Origin: the human T2T-CHM13v2.0 reference genome, Homo sapiens
Assembly: GCF_009914755.1 (NCBI RefSeq)
Contig: NC_060926.1
Direction: 5' to 3' (one strand)
Length of the DNA stretch: 64,000 nucleotides
Positions 39,941 through 52,770 of the stretch are shown one piece after another. Position 1 is the first letter of the stretch. Each line of letters opens with the position of its first letter. A program made the translations under genes and the position numbers. The notes beneath the pieces are model-generated. The model was not told the DNA's origin. It was given only the letters and a program-made list of their open reading frames with translations, and made no database searches.

Positions 39941-40552
39941 CACGGCTGTGAGAAGCAGAGTCAACATTATCATGTTTACTCTGGGGAGAGAATAGAAGGA
40001 AAACAAGTGACCCGTATTTTTACTTAGAAACCCCAGTCAATGACAAGAGCAGTCCCATCCTGGACTTAAGGAGAATGTACTCTGGTCTCATTGTCTAAAT
40101 ATCCAGGCTGTTTAATTTTATTCAGTGGAAGGAAACAAATAGGCACATGCCAGTAGAACTGTCTACTGTCTATGACCTTCCAGAAGAGAAACCTGGGCCT
40201 TCCTCAAGACCTCTGGTGCTGTTTAGGGTAGAAGAGAGGCTACCGGGTGCCCTCGTTACCACATCTCCACTGGGATTACCTTCAAGACATGATGACTGTT
40301 TGTAATTTATCTTTAGGAGAATGCCATAGTAACTGGTGTGTACCCCTAATTAATCATAGGAAGGATTGACCAGACATCCTTTAACAATTCTTGCTGGACT
40401 CTCTGCTCTTTGGGAAAAGGTTGAAGAGTATTTATTCAATGGGAGAAGGACACCAGCTCTCTGTCCTTTAAGTTTATGTCTTAGCTGTTCACATATCTGG
40501 TGGCAACAACTTATGTTGTCTTTGACTGTGAGAAGAGAAAATAGCCTAGCTC

Positions 40553-40695
40553 TTTTTTTTTTTTTTTTTTTTTTTAATAGAAACAGTGTCTCATGATGTT
40601 CCCTAGGTTGGTCTTGAACTCCTGAGCTCAAGCCATCCTCTTGCCTCAGCCTTCCAAAGTGCTGAGATTACAGGTGTGAGTCATCATGCCCAGCC
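40553..40695 (-). mobile_element. FLAM_C / free left Alu monomer
   Basis: T-tail plus a single left monomer; flanking repeat (agcc)tagctct. Confidence 0.85.
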
Positions 40696-40870
40696 TAGCT
40701 CTGTGTCTTGGTTGATCCATAGCTCCTAGCATATTATCAGACCAAGCAATGTAAGAAGATAACTTAGGGTTTATAAATATGAATAAGTTTTGGCCCCCAA
40801 AGACCTCTAAAAGAAAATACTTGTGTAGGAAATCAGATAGGAGCCATGATCTAGAAAAGTATGGTGATCA

Positions 40871-41126
40871 GCATGTTCTCACTCATAGGTGGGAACTGAA
40901 CAATGAGAACACTTGGACACAGGAAGGGGAACATCATACACCGGGGCCTGTAGTGGAGTGGGGGGAGTGGGGAGGGATAGCATTAGGAGATATACCTAAA
41001 GTAAATGATGAGTTAATGGGTGCAGCACATCAACATGGCACATGTATACATATGTAACAAACCTGCATGTTGTGCACATGTACCCTAGAACTTAAAGTAT
41101 AATAATTAAAAAAAAAAGGAAAAGAA
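40871..41126 (+). mobile_element. 5'-truncated L1PA (about PA4) 3' UTR with 16-bp TSD
   Basis: gcatgttctcactcataggtgggaa…catgtaccctagaacttaaagtataataa plus A-tail; perfect TSD aaaagtatggtgatca at 40855-40870 and 41127-41142. Confidence 0.96.
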
Positions 41127-41242
41127 AAAAGTATGGTGATCAAATGCTTTGGTGACTGCTTTCTCTGGTTCTCTCTTGCTTGTATTAGAGTCAGTCTTAG
41201 GGTTCATTCTCAATCTTTAGACAACTTTCCTAACCTCTCTGA

Positions 41243-41576
<334 letters not shown>

Positions 41577-43780
41577 TGAGCCTCTAGTTTCTTCATCTAT
41601 AGGATGAAGTAGGATTAATAGTAGGATTAATTATTGTTAATTAATTATTAATAGTAGGATTAATAATACCTCTCTGGCAGGGTTGCATGGGGCTCTCTGG
41701 CCGGGATATCATGTTGAAGTGTGTCATCACCAGTCTCACATATAGAATGCCCATAGGAAGTGCTTGTTGCCTCTTCTTCCCAAAGAGAAAAACTGGCTCA
41801 TGACTTCCATCTTCCCAGAAAGTCTTCTGCCAACAGTGTACTCATGAGGGAAGAGGCTGGTGTGCCTGCCGTTCACAGCCTTTGGTTGTGTACGACGCTC
41901 TGTCAAAGGCAGACTCCTCACTCATGAGTTATGAAGCACGGAGGACCCCAAAATCCTGACTATGATTTATTGTCTCCCCCAGACCCTTCCCTGTTTGTGT
42001 TCCTCTGTTTCCATTTAGGGTCATTTTCCCTACAATGCCTGAATCCAAATATTGGCATAATAGTGTTATTTAGGAAATGAAGATACTCAGCCCAGACCCT
42101 TAAGGGGCCCATGTTGTCTCAGGCTAAGTAACATGAAGACAATACCAGCAGAGAGAGGAAATTCTACAGATGAAAAAGCTAGCTTGAGTATTAGTTTGGT
42201 ACAACTGATTATTGAAACTACTGCCTTTCCTTTTTGGATATTCCCTGCAGTACAATTTGTAATCACTTTAGCATTCATCTCTGTTTGCCAAATTCAATCC
42301 ATCAGCAGAAAAAGTTGTTCTGAATAAGTGCTGAGGCTGTTGGATGGTTCTCCCAAATAGTCTTTCCTTTCAAATGGAATGGCCCGGAAAATGGGCACTC
42401 CATTTTTATATTTTCTGGATTCTTTTATCAGCCCTCCATTAACGGGATTCAGTATCAAAAGCAGGTAAAGTTTTCTGCAACAGAGAAGAAGAATGTGGCC
42501 CTCGGGTCCATGGGTGGTGCCTGATAATTTTGATCCTTGGCTTTCTGTCATCCTGTTCTCCTTTCACATAAAGGGGCTAATCTCTACCTCTGGGGTCCAG
42601 GGAGGACAGTCCCTAGGACTTGTCCATTTCTCATGGGACTTGGACCCTGCCTTCTCTAAGGCTAGAGGCACAGCTGTCGGGTAAACATTCTTAAAGCTCT
42701 GAGGTCATTAGAAGAAAGAGAGAAGCTGTCCTATGGTGCCTTGGGTTCAACTAGTAAAGCTCTCCACCCTGAATTATTCTGTCAGCCTCCCAAAAGCTGC
42801 TCCAGTCTGCATCTGGAGGTGTGAGGCCTCACACCCCCTGGCAGATGCCACCGTGGGTCTACGGGTGGTGACTGGTTTTTTTTTTTTCTCTGTTGCAGAA
42901 AACTTTACCTGTCTTTAACACTAAATCCAGTTAATCAAGGAGTGATCGAGAGTCATTTTTGTCAAATTGAAGTTTGGAGATCTCTGGATATAGGGCAAGG
43001 AACAAGACCTTCAGGAGTGAATAAGTGATTTGTGAGAATTCAGTTACACATTTATGAAGCCCCTGCTCTGTACAGTGTGTTACATGGGGGAGGCAAAGAT
43101 ACGTTAGACCCAGTGCATGCCCTCAGGGTTTGTATAAGGAGCAAAGCGCACTCCAGCACCCTGTGGGATGATATGCACTTTGGCAGTGGTAGGAATCGAG
43201 TGCTATGGCAGCAACGATGAGGAAAGTGAATGCTTCCGACTTTGGAGTTACTGTGTGGATGGTGGTGACCTTCACAGACAAGGAGCTTTGTCAGAAGGCT
43301 CCTTTCTCTCCATCCCCACGGCTACCCTCCTTCTCACTGCCAGGACTGTGGAGCTGCTTTGCAAGCTATTCTTCCTGCCGTTAGCTGGTTGGCCTCCCGG
43401 CTGTCCTCTCTGCAGCCTGAGTGAGTGTGTGTGTCTTTTCCTTCTGGTTGCTTTTTAGACCTTATTTTTGTCTTTGGCATTCTGCAGTTTTACTACATTA
43501 TGTCTGAGTGGATTCATTTTTATTTATATTGTTTAGGACTCAATATAGTTCTCATTTAGAAATTTTTATCTATTATCTTTGATTCTCTTTGGTTCTCTCT
43601 AATCTCTCCTTCTGGAACTTGTTAGAAACCATCTTATTTCATCTTTCCTCTCTTTTTTCTATTTCTGTATCTGTTAATGCTGCATTGTAGGCAACTTCCT
43701 CAAAAGTGTCTGTCACTTTATTCTCCTTGTAGCAGTTTACTATCGGCTGCTTAATAACCCTTCCCAATATGAATATTTGG

Positions 43781-44090
43781 TTTTTATTTTATTTTATTTA
43801 TTTTTTGAGATGGAGTCTCGCTCTGTCACCCAGGCTGGAGTGCAGTGGCGCAAACTCAGCTCACTGCAACCTGCACCACCTGGGTTCAAGTGATTCTCTT
43901 GCCTCAGCCTCCTGAGTAGCTGGGATTACAGGCGCGCACCACCACGCAGGGCTAATTTTTTTGTATTTTTAGTAGAGATGGGATTTCGCCATGTTGGCCA
44001 GGCTGGTCTCAAACTCCTAACCTCAGGTGATCTGCCCAACTCAGCCTCCCAAAGTGCTGGGGTTACAGGCGTGAGCCACCACGCCTGTCC
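43781..44090 (-). mobile_element. AluSx-like
   Basis: (TTTTA)n tail, gagatggagtctcgctctgtcacccaggctgg, full dimer. Confidence 0.95.
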
Positions 44091-44372
44091 TCATGTTTGG
44101 TTTTTATATTTAATTTTCAGAAGTTCTGTTTGGTGCTTTTGAAAATCCGCCTATTACTATTAATTAATTTTTTTGGTGTCCTAGTCTTCTGTTATGATTT
44201 CTATTCTTTCTTTTATCTCCCTAATTATTTTGGTTGTATTTATTTTACAGCCTCTTTCCAGTTATTTGAAGAGTTTTAGTTCTAGTTCCAAGAGTACCAA
44301 TTCTCTTATTTCTTGTGTCTATTGACTCACTCTTACGTGGTTCATTTTCTCTTGCAACTTGTTTTTTTATCA

Positions 44373-44690
<318 letters not shown>

Positions 44691-47600
44691 TTAAGTAGGG
44701 ATTGTGTTTAGTGGGAGTTCCACATACTGTGGGTTGTGGATGTGTTATCTTATCACTTTTGCATATGTTCTGCCAAGACCCAGGGAGGTTCATAGGTCCT
44801 GCTAGTTTGGATGTTAACTCCTTGGCTTAGGAGTCTCACCTCCTGGGTAGGCCACATTCTGACTCCTCACCCATGTGCCGTGTGGGCTTCACATCTCCAT
44901 TTCTCATAGGAGATGCCTCTGGTCTGTGCCACATACGGCCATTCCTCTGCTCTGTGAGAAAGGTCTTCCTGATTCTTTGTTCAAAGACCAACAGCTCCCA
45001 GGATCCTGGCTTTATGTGGGGATCTCAGTTCCAGTTCCATGACCAGGTCTTCAGTTCCATGGCCAGGTCTTCTGCCTCCTGCATGCATTAAAATCTTAGC
45101 TCCTGTAACTGTATCAACGTCTGATACTCCCGGCCCCCAGTTGCCACGGTAAAAATTACAGCTCTGACTTAATTTTTTTTTCACTTCAAGCATCTGAGAA
45201 TTTTCTCATTATTCTTCTATACTCAATAATATATTTAAATTATTATTTTGGTATATTTTATCTATTAGTTCTCTGTGTTTGTGTTGGGAAGGAGGTCCAC
45301 ATCAGTTCAGTCTACTATCTTGTCAGAATCGGAGATCTGAATAAACTTAAATATGGTCACTCATTTAGCAAATGTATAGAGAATATCTGCTATATACCTG
45401 TATAGTTCTAGGCCCTGGGGCCACAGAGCTGAATAAACGCTGATGCTGCCAACAGAGGCCCATGTGCCAGTGGAAGGGACTGGGCACTCCTCAGCAGCAA
45501 GGCAGCCAGCCCTGTGATCCCACCCCACCTGCCTGCCATACAGACCCATCCTGTCTTCCTGCCCTGGCACCCTACATGCTGTCTGTACCAGATTACCTCA
45601 CGCTCCTGCGTACAACGTGTCCCTGTTGTCATGCCATTTTCTGCTTCTAGAACATCCCTCTTTCCCAGAACCCCGTGCCCACCCATCTAGGTAACCTCTG
45701 CTTCTCCTTCCACTCTCAGCTAGGTATTTCTCCTCTGGGAAGCCATTCCACACCCCTCACAGGCACCACCAAAGCTGGGTCAGATGTGCCTTCCCCGTGG
45801 CCCTGTGCCGTGCCTGTCTGCTCCATGTCAGCTCTTAGCACTGTGCCTTTCAGTTGTGGGTTTGCTTGTTGGCTTCCGCCACTGGCCTGATGCTTTTGAG
45901 GTCAAGGTCTTGTTTTTTTCATTTCAGTACCCACAGTGCCTAATCCACTATCTGGCAAATAATGCTTGATGAAGGGAAGGTGGGGGACCTGATTTAGTCC
46001 TTTAGGAAGGGAGGGAGCATGGCTACTGAGGAGTCAAGCTTCTTTCCAGCTTTGTCTTTTCATTTGCCGTAGGATTATCATGATGATTAAATTACACATG
46101 ACATCAGGGAAACTGTCTTCATGGATAGCTGTGAATTCTGAAGAGCTAACATGGAGAAAAGAAGCTGTAAAAATGTGGCTTAACTCTAAATATAGTGGTA
46201 ATTACAGTCACTTACATCAGTTTTTTTTTGCCATTTTTTGCCGGGTAGTGAAGAACAGTGATAGCTATGAAGAGCATTAAACATGTCAGACAAACTTGTG
46301 GAAGCTGAATTCGATTGCAAGGCTATACTCTTGTTCACGACATCTAGACTTTATGATCCATGTACCATAATCATGATGGGAGCTACCATCTTCTGAGTGC
46401 CCGCAGACACCAGGCAAGGGGCTTACCCAGGTTAGTTCTAGTCTAAAACCATTCAAGAAGGATATTCACAATAAAAAATAAAAATAAAACCAGTGAGAGT
46501 CTGAGAGGTTTTATTATTTTCACAATTGTACAGAATAAAAAATAAAAACAAACCAAAACTGAAGAGTCTGAAGAGGCTCACCTGCCAAGGCCACAGAGGT
46601 CAAGGGCAGAACCTGGCCAGTTGTGGCAAATTCTAAAGCCTGTGCTGTGCCTTCATGACACCTGCCTTTCTCTCCATGCCAGGAAGCTGCAGGGAGTGCT
46701 GATTCCAGCCGTTTCTAAGCAGGCCTGCTTGGGAAGGCTGTCTGGGAAATCCTGGGATTTCCAGTCCCTGTGAACCCCAGGTCAGATGGGCAGCTTCTGA
46801 CTTGTCATCAGAGTTCTGGGTTAGGCCAGTCACGCTGCTTGGCAGGTCACCATCCATTCAGTGGTATGTGATGTGGCTGTGTTAGTTATAAAGACCTCGT
46901 AGTTTTGGGGGTGCAGTTGCCCTGAATACCTGCCTGATTGGCCCTTGTAGTAGACCCTGGCAGACCCAGGCCCTAGCTTTGGGGTGCCTGCTCCTCTGCC
47001 CTGCTGGCAGTTGTGCCTCACTTGGTCCAGACAGTGAGGCCAGCAGTTGCTGGCAGATCCGTTGTCCCTGCGGACCTCTCAGAGCCTCCTTGACACTCAC
47101 AGCCAGGTCCTCTGCCTTACTGCAGTTCTTACTCTTAGAACAGGTTAGTTTGCTAAACTTAACAAGAGAAAATCTTCCATTTTTTCCTGCCTAGCTACTG
47201 GACTCATTTTGGGACCTTGAAACACACATCATTAAACTTACTAGCTGGCCTCTAGATGTGTGAGAGAGAGCTACGCTGTGGGATTGATTTCCTTCGGCTG
47301 AAGTGTCTGCCGCATTCATGAGCCTGCCTTGAAGGACAGTACTCCTTGCAGCCTTCCAGAGGATAGGGCAGTTCTGGGCTGTACATCCTCTCCCCAGCCC
47401 ACAGGCACCTGCTAGCTCAGGTCACTGTAAGGACACCTGGGTTCTCTTCCCCAGCACCTGAGCACATAGTTCTTTCTGCTTCCCAACATGCCCCCTGCCC
47501 GTGGGGGCTTAGCCTGCTTGGCATCCCCCGGGGTCTCAGAACACACTCTCTAGACACAATAGACCTAGAGAACCAACCCTAAAACCACACTGCGGTTCTC

Positions 47601-48009
47601 TGTTGTTTTGTGTTTATCATGGAGGATGTGATGGGTTCGTTCAGGTGCTCTGACAAGTGGACCCCAAGCAGGATTAATGTACGAGAGGTGTTGGGGGAAG
47701 GCCTGTGAAGGATGAGGGGAGGGAACAGGGGCAGGCCCGGGGCTTCCTTCACCTTACAGCAACCAGCCCTTGTAGACAGTATGCATCCCAGGGCTTTCCC
47801 GTGCTGGCATTATCACAGTGACTCAGGAGCTTCTTCCCAGGTCACTGCTGGTGAGTCTTTGAGCAGCTGAGCCACAACTTTGTACCAGGGCCTGTCCCTG
47901 CCCACACACCACTCAGAAGAGCATCCCCTTTGCCCACCTAGGTAGTGAGTGAGCCACTCCCCAGACTCTATCTTTCTGCCTGTTTCCTCAGAACCACTCC
48001 TGTCCCACT

Positions 48010-48600
48010 TGCGTCAGTTCAGATCTGCAGAGAAGCAGATGCTGAGATGGGATTGGATGTTGAGAAACATATGGAGGAAGATGCCTGTGAAGGATGAAAG
48101 GGGAGAGAGTAGCGGAAGGCAGAGAGAGCCTTCAGACCTCAACACAAGTCTGGCCCTTATGAAGGAATTTGGAAAGGAAGGAGGGCTGGGTAGGGAGAGT
48201 CTCAGGCTACGGCCCAGGTTTTTTTGTTTAGTTTTGTTTTTTTGAGATAGGATCTCATGTTGCCCAAGCTGGTCTCAATCTCCTGGGCTTAGGTAGATCC
48301 TCCCACCTCAGCACCCCCACCAGCTAGGATTACAGGCCCGCACAATGGCTCCCACCTGCGGCCCAGTTTTAAGGTTCACTGACGGAAAGTCCTCAAGCCA
48401 AAGCCAAAGCCAAAGCCAAAGCTGACTGCTGGAGGATCCTCACATCTTGCAGGACCTGGCCTGCATTAGGACCCTGGAGGCGTGCTCACAGGAAGTGTGA
48501 CTTCAGGGCAGATGCAGTGGTGGATCAGAGCACTTGCAGTTGGGGACATTGTCAGTAGTAGAAGATCTGAGTGATGCCTCTTCCTGGCTGCTGCACTTGA
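48010..48600 (-). mobile_element. MLT1 (H/I-like) LTR containing a FLAM
   Basis: agaagcagatgctgagatgggattgg…gcctgtgaaggatgaaaggg…gagagccttcagacc; a related shorter fragment lies near 47635-47740. Confidence 0.7.
48219..48345 (-). mobile_element. FLAM (old free Alu monomer)
   Basis: T-rich tail, tgttgcccaagctggtctcaatctcctgggct…gattacagg; flanking repeat ct[a/g]cggcccag. Confidence 0.75.
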
Positions 48601-50029
48601 GGAGGGGACAGAGCAGGGTGTTCCTGGATGAAGTCCTGTTTAATTAGCTTCCCCCCTGCTTGGTTCTTTGCCTTTGCCTTCATCCTGAATAAGCAGAGGA
48701 AATATTTCCCAGCAGCTCTGACAACTTTAAACCAGCACCAACACTTCCCAGTACTTTGGAAATGACACTTTCTGTCTGCACCTTGGAACTGATGCCAGCT
48801 CCTCAGGCTAAGCAGCAGTGTTACCTAAGAGCCATTCATTGCAGAGGGCGAGAGCCTCCAGGCCTCCCAGACACTGCCAGGTTAGCTTGAAGAAGGCCTT
48901 TCTTGTTCCTGATGAAGCCTTAGTTTAGGAGAAAGGGGGGCTTGAAATCAAGAGAGAGGAGGGGCTTGGGGGAAGTTGGAAGCGATGCAGCCAGAGAGGT
49001 GCCAGGCGTGAGCTCATGGGTGCAAGCCTGCAGCTGTATTGTGCACGTGGGAGTCAGCCACTCACAGTGCAGGTGTGAGCTCACTGTTCCACCACAGCCG
49101 TTAGTGTTTGGCATCAGCATGATGCAGGCACAACTCCTGCTTCCACTGCTGGATTCGGGTAGTATTCAGCGAAGGGAGTGTCTCTCCACCGTCCACCCAC
49201 ACAGAGGGATGGCCGTGGCTCTCTATGCTCTGCTCTCTTCTCACCTCACTCCGTGCAGCAGCAATCAGGATATTTTGTCTGCCAACAAGCAGTGCTTCAT
49301 TTAACCTCAGTTTTATCTACAGGAAGAGGAGAAGAGGGTATGAACACTCCCATTTTAGAGAGAGAGAAACAGATGCCCTGATAGGTGCCCTGTGCAAGGT
49401 CAAGCTGTACATAAGAGGACCATCCAGCAGGCTTCTCCCTGGATACTACCCCAGCTATCTGATGCAAGCAGGTGTGGGGCCCTAGAACAACTACACAGAA
49501 GTGGCACTGAGTTGCCCATGGGTCCAGGAGCAGGGAGGGCAGCAAGGCCTGGGGCAGCACAGCTGCCTCCTGTATTGCTTCCATCTCCTCTGGAGTCACA
49601 GTCACCCAGTCTCCTCCACATGGAATCTGAACTGCAAAGGGCCAGGACAAGGAGGAGCTCTTTTTCAGCTGTGTTGAGTCAGTGCCTATTCCCCACTTGC
49701 TGGGAGAACCAGGGAGGGACAGAGTCTGAAGTCATATTTTATAGCACTCAGTTGCCTCGGCAGAGGTTTCCCATGCTGCTGAGCTATGGTGCTCAGGACC
49801 CTTTGTAGAAATCACTAGACCTTCAGCTCTTTCTGGCTTTCTGAGGCCAGAACTGACCCAAACAAGGAAATGGGGGAGCCGCAAAAATCGGCAGATTGTG
49901 CTGGCCACAGACCAGTCACATACATCAGTGTACACACACAGGAACACTGGTCCATGTCTCAGCATATAGTGTGACTTATGCATTCTGCTATTTTTTTCTG
50001 TAGTGCACATACTGGAAAATAGGTTTTTA

Positions 50030-51950
50030 CAATAAGCTTGCTTTGTAAAACTTACTTCTGAATTATGACATGCATAGAGAAAAGTGTACAAATTATAAGC
50101 ATCTAGTTCAAGGAAATTGTTAGAAAATGAACACATCCATGTCAAGAAATAGAACATGGCCAGGTGCAGTGGCTCACACCTATAATCCCAGCACTTTGGG
50201 AGGCCAAGGCAGGAGGATTGCTTGGGGCCCAGGGGTATGACACCAGCCCGGGCAGTGTAACGACAATTAACAAATTTTTATTTAAAAATAAATAATAAAT
50301 AGAACATTACAGCTTCCAGGAGCCTCCCATGTGCCCCTCACTCCTCCCAAAAGGATACCACCATTGTTATCTTCTAACACTGTAGATTGGTTGTGCCTGG
50401 CTTTGAACTTCATATAAATGGAATTATTTACTATATTCTCTTTTGTGCCCAGCTTTTCTCTTTCAGCATTATATTTGTGAGAATTCATCTTTGCTGTTGC
50501 ATCTATAGTCCATTCATCAATTTATCCAATCTGCATTTGTTCAGTCAACATTTGTATTGTTTCCATTTTGGGGTTATTATAAATCTGCTTGTACATGTCT
50601 TTTGGTGCACATATGCATGTGTTGCTTTTGAGTATATAATAGGAATGAAATTGCTGAAATCATATGTAATTTCACAAGCAGTGTGTGAGAGCTCATCTGT
50701 TTATTGGCCATTCAGTAGAGTGCCTTTTCAAATTTCTTGCCTGTTTTTCTACTGGGTTTTCTGTTTTTCTTCTTGATTTATAGTCCTCTATATTCTGGAT
50801 ATCAGTTCTTTGTTGCTTATACATGTTGCAAATATCTTCCACTGTGTAGTTTGCTTTTTTACTGCCTCTGGTGTTATTTTAACGTACAGAAGTACTTAAT
50901 TTTAATGGAGTTCAGTATGTCGATCTTTTTTATTATGGTTAAATGCTTTTTGTATACCATTTAAGAAATCTTTGTCTATATTCTAAAAGAATCTACTTAG
51001 AATTGATTTTTGAAAATGGTACAGCAAGTTTATTTTTTCATATGGGTATCTGTTGACCCAGCATCATTTTTTGAAAATACTTTCCCATAGCTTAGCACTG
51101 CCACCTTTGTCAAAAATGAAGTACCCATATGCACAGATCTGTTTCTGCTCTCCATTCTGTGTCACTGGTTTATATATCTATTCTTGTACCAGTACCACAC
51201 TACCTTCATGTTTGTATAAAAATCTTGATAGCCAGTAGAGCTACACTTTCCAACTTGGACTTTTTCTATAAAGAGCACCTATGCTATTCTTGGCCCATTC
51301 CATTTCCATATAGATTTTAGAATCAGATTGTCAGTTGCCACATACATGCACACAAACTTGCTAGGATTTATATTGAGATTGCTTTGAATCCATATGTCAA
51401 TTTGGGAAAAATCAACACTTTTATGATAATGAGTCTTCACAAACATGGTACCTCCCTCTATTTAGAGCTTCTTTAATTTTTCTCAATATAATTTTCTGTT
51501 AGAGATCTTGCTCATGTTTCATTGGATTTACTCCTAGGTATTTGATTTGTGGTACTATTTTAAATGGTATTTGTAAATTTAATTTTCTCTTTGTTGCTAA
51601 TACAAGGAAACATGGTTTATTTTTGTTGACCTTGTTATCAATTACTTTCCTGAATTTATTTATTAGGTTCAAATAATTTGTAGATTTTTTTTCATAACAA
51701 TATTTCAGTTCAGTGTAGATGCTTTTTTATTTCCAGTGTACCTCATCATGTCATCTGCAAATAATGACAGTTTTACTTTTTCCTTTCCAATTCTCATGCC
51801 ATGTATTTATTTTTCTTGCCTTATTGCACTGTACAGTATTTCTGGACATAATAATAATAGGCATTTATGTCTTGTTCCTGATCTCAAACAGAAGAGTTTT
51901 TACCACAAACTCACTCTTAGATTATGAAAATGAAAATTTTTACTGGTGTT
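50030..51950 (-). mobile_element. Old L1M LINE 3' region
   Basis: ttgaacttcatataaatggaat; tattcttggcccattccatttccatatagattttagaatcag; tcatgtcatctgcaaataatgacagttttac. Confidence 0.85.
50158..50296 (+). mobile_element. FLAM_C-like monomer with 11-bp TSD
   Basis: ggccaggtgcagtggctcacacctataatcccagcactttggg…; TSD aaatagaacat at 50147-50157 and 50297-50307. Confidence 0.85.
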
Positions 51951-52404
51951 CTCTTTAGTATACACTTTATTTTTCCCCAAGATGAGTTTTCAATTTGGGA
52001 ACTTTTTTTTAAGTTTTAAGTGGTGATTTATGAGCTAGGAGCTAGGAAAATGATATCTGATTTTTTATTTAAATGAAAAGGAACTAATGTTTATCACAAG
52101 ACTGCTACTCCTCATTTTAACCTTGTGAGGAGGTTTTGCCTTGGCCATTTTACAGAAGGATCTCATGGCTGTACATTTGAACAAGGATTCAAACAGATCT
52201 GTCTGACTTCAAAACCCATGCTCTCTTTACTGCTCCCTGATTCCTTGGTAGAATATTGAACGTGAACCCACGAGGTCGTAAAAATACCACTTTTGTCATA
52301 GATGACCGAGAGAAAAGTTGCTAAACTATTATTGCCTCACAGGTATATGCAGCATCTTTTCCTTTCCCCAGTAACCTCCTACCCCAAATCTCTTTATATC
52401 CCTG

Positions 52405-52770
52405 TGTTTTAGTCCATTTTCATGCTACTGATAAAGACATACCTGAGACTGGGCAGTTTACAAAAGAAAGAGGTTTGTTGGACTTACAGTTCCACCTGGC
52501 TGGGGAGTCCTCACAATCATGGCAGAAGGCAAGGAGGAGCAAGTCACATCTTACAAGGATGGCAGCAGGCCAAGAGAGGGCATGTGCAGAGAAACTCCCA
52601 TTTTTAAAACCATCAGATCTTGTGAGACCCATTCACTATCATGAGAACAGCATGAGAAAGACCTGCCCCCGTGATTCAGTTATCTCCCACCACGTCCCTC
52701 CCACAACACATAGGAATTATGGGAGCTACAAGATGAGATTTGGGTGGGGACACAGAGCCAAACCATATGA
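52405..52770 (-). mobile_element. THE1 (THE1B-like) solo LTR
   Basis: tgttttagtccattttcatgct…ataaagacatacctgagactggg…gagatttgggtggggacacagagccaaaccatat. Confidence 0.95.

Noticed and set aside
41606-41668. AT-rich gtaggattaat repeats with palindromic character
   Set aside because: Low-complexity slippage within a MIR.
48395-48421. (AAAGCC)n hexamer run
   Set aside because: An ordinary short microsatellite inside an LTR relic.
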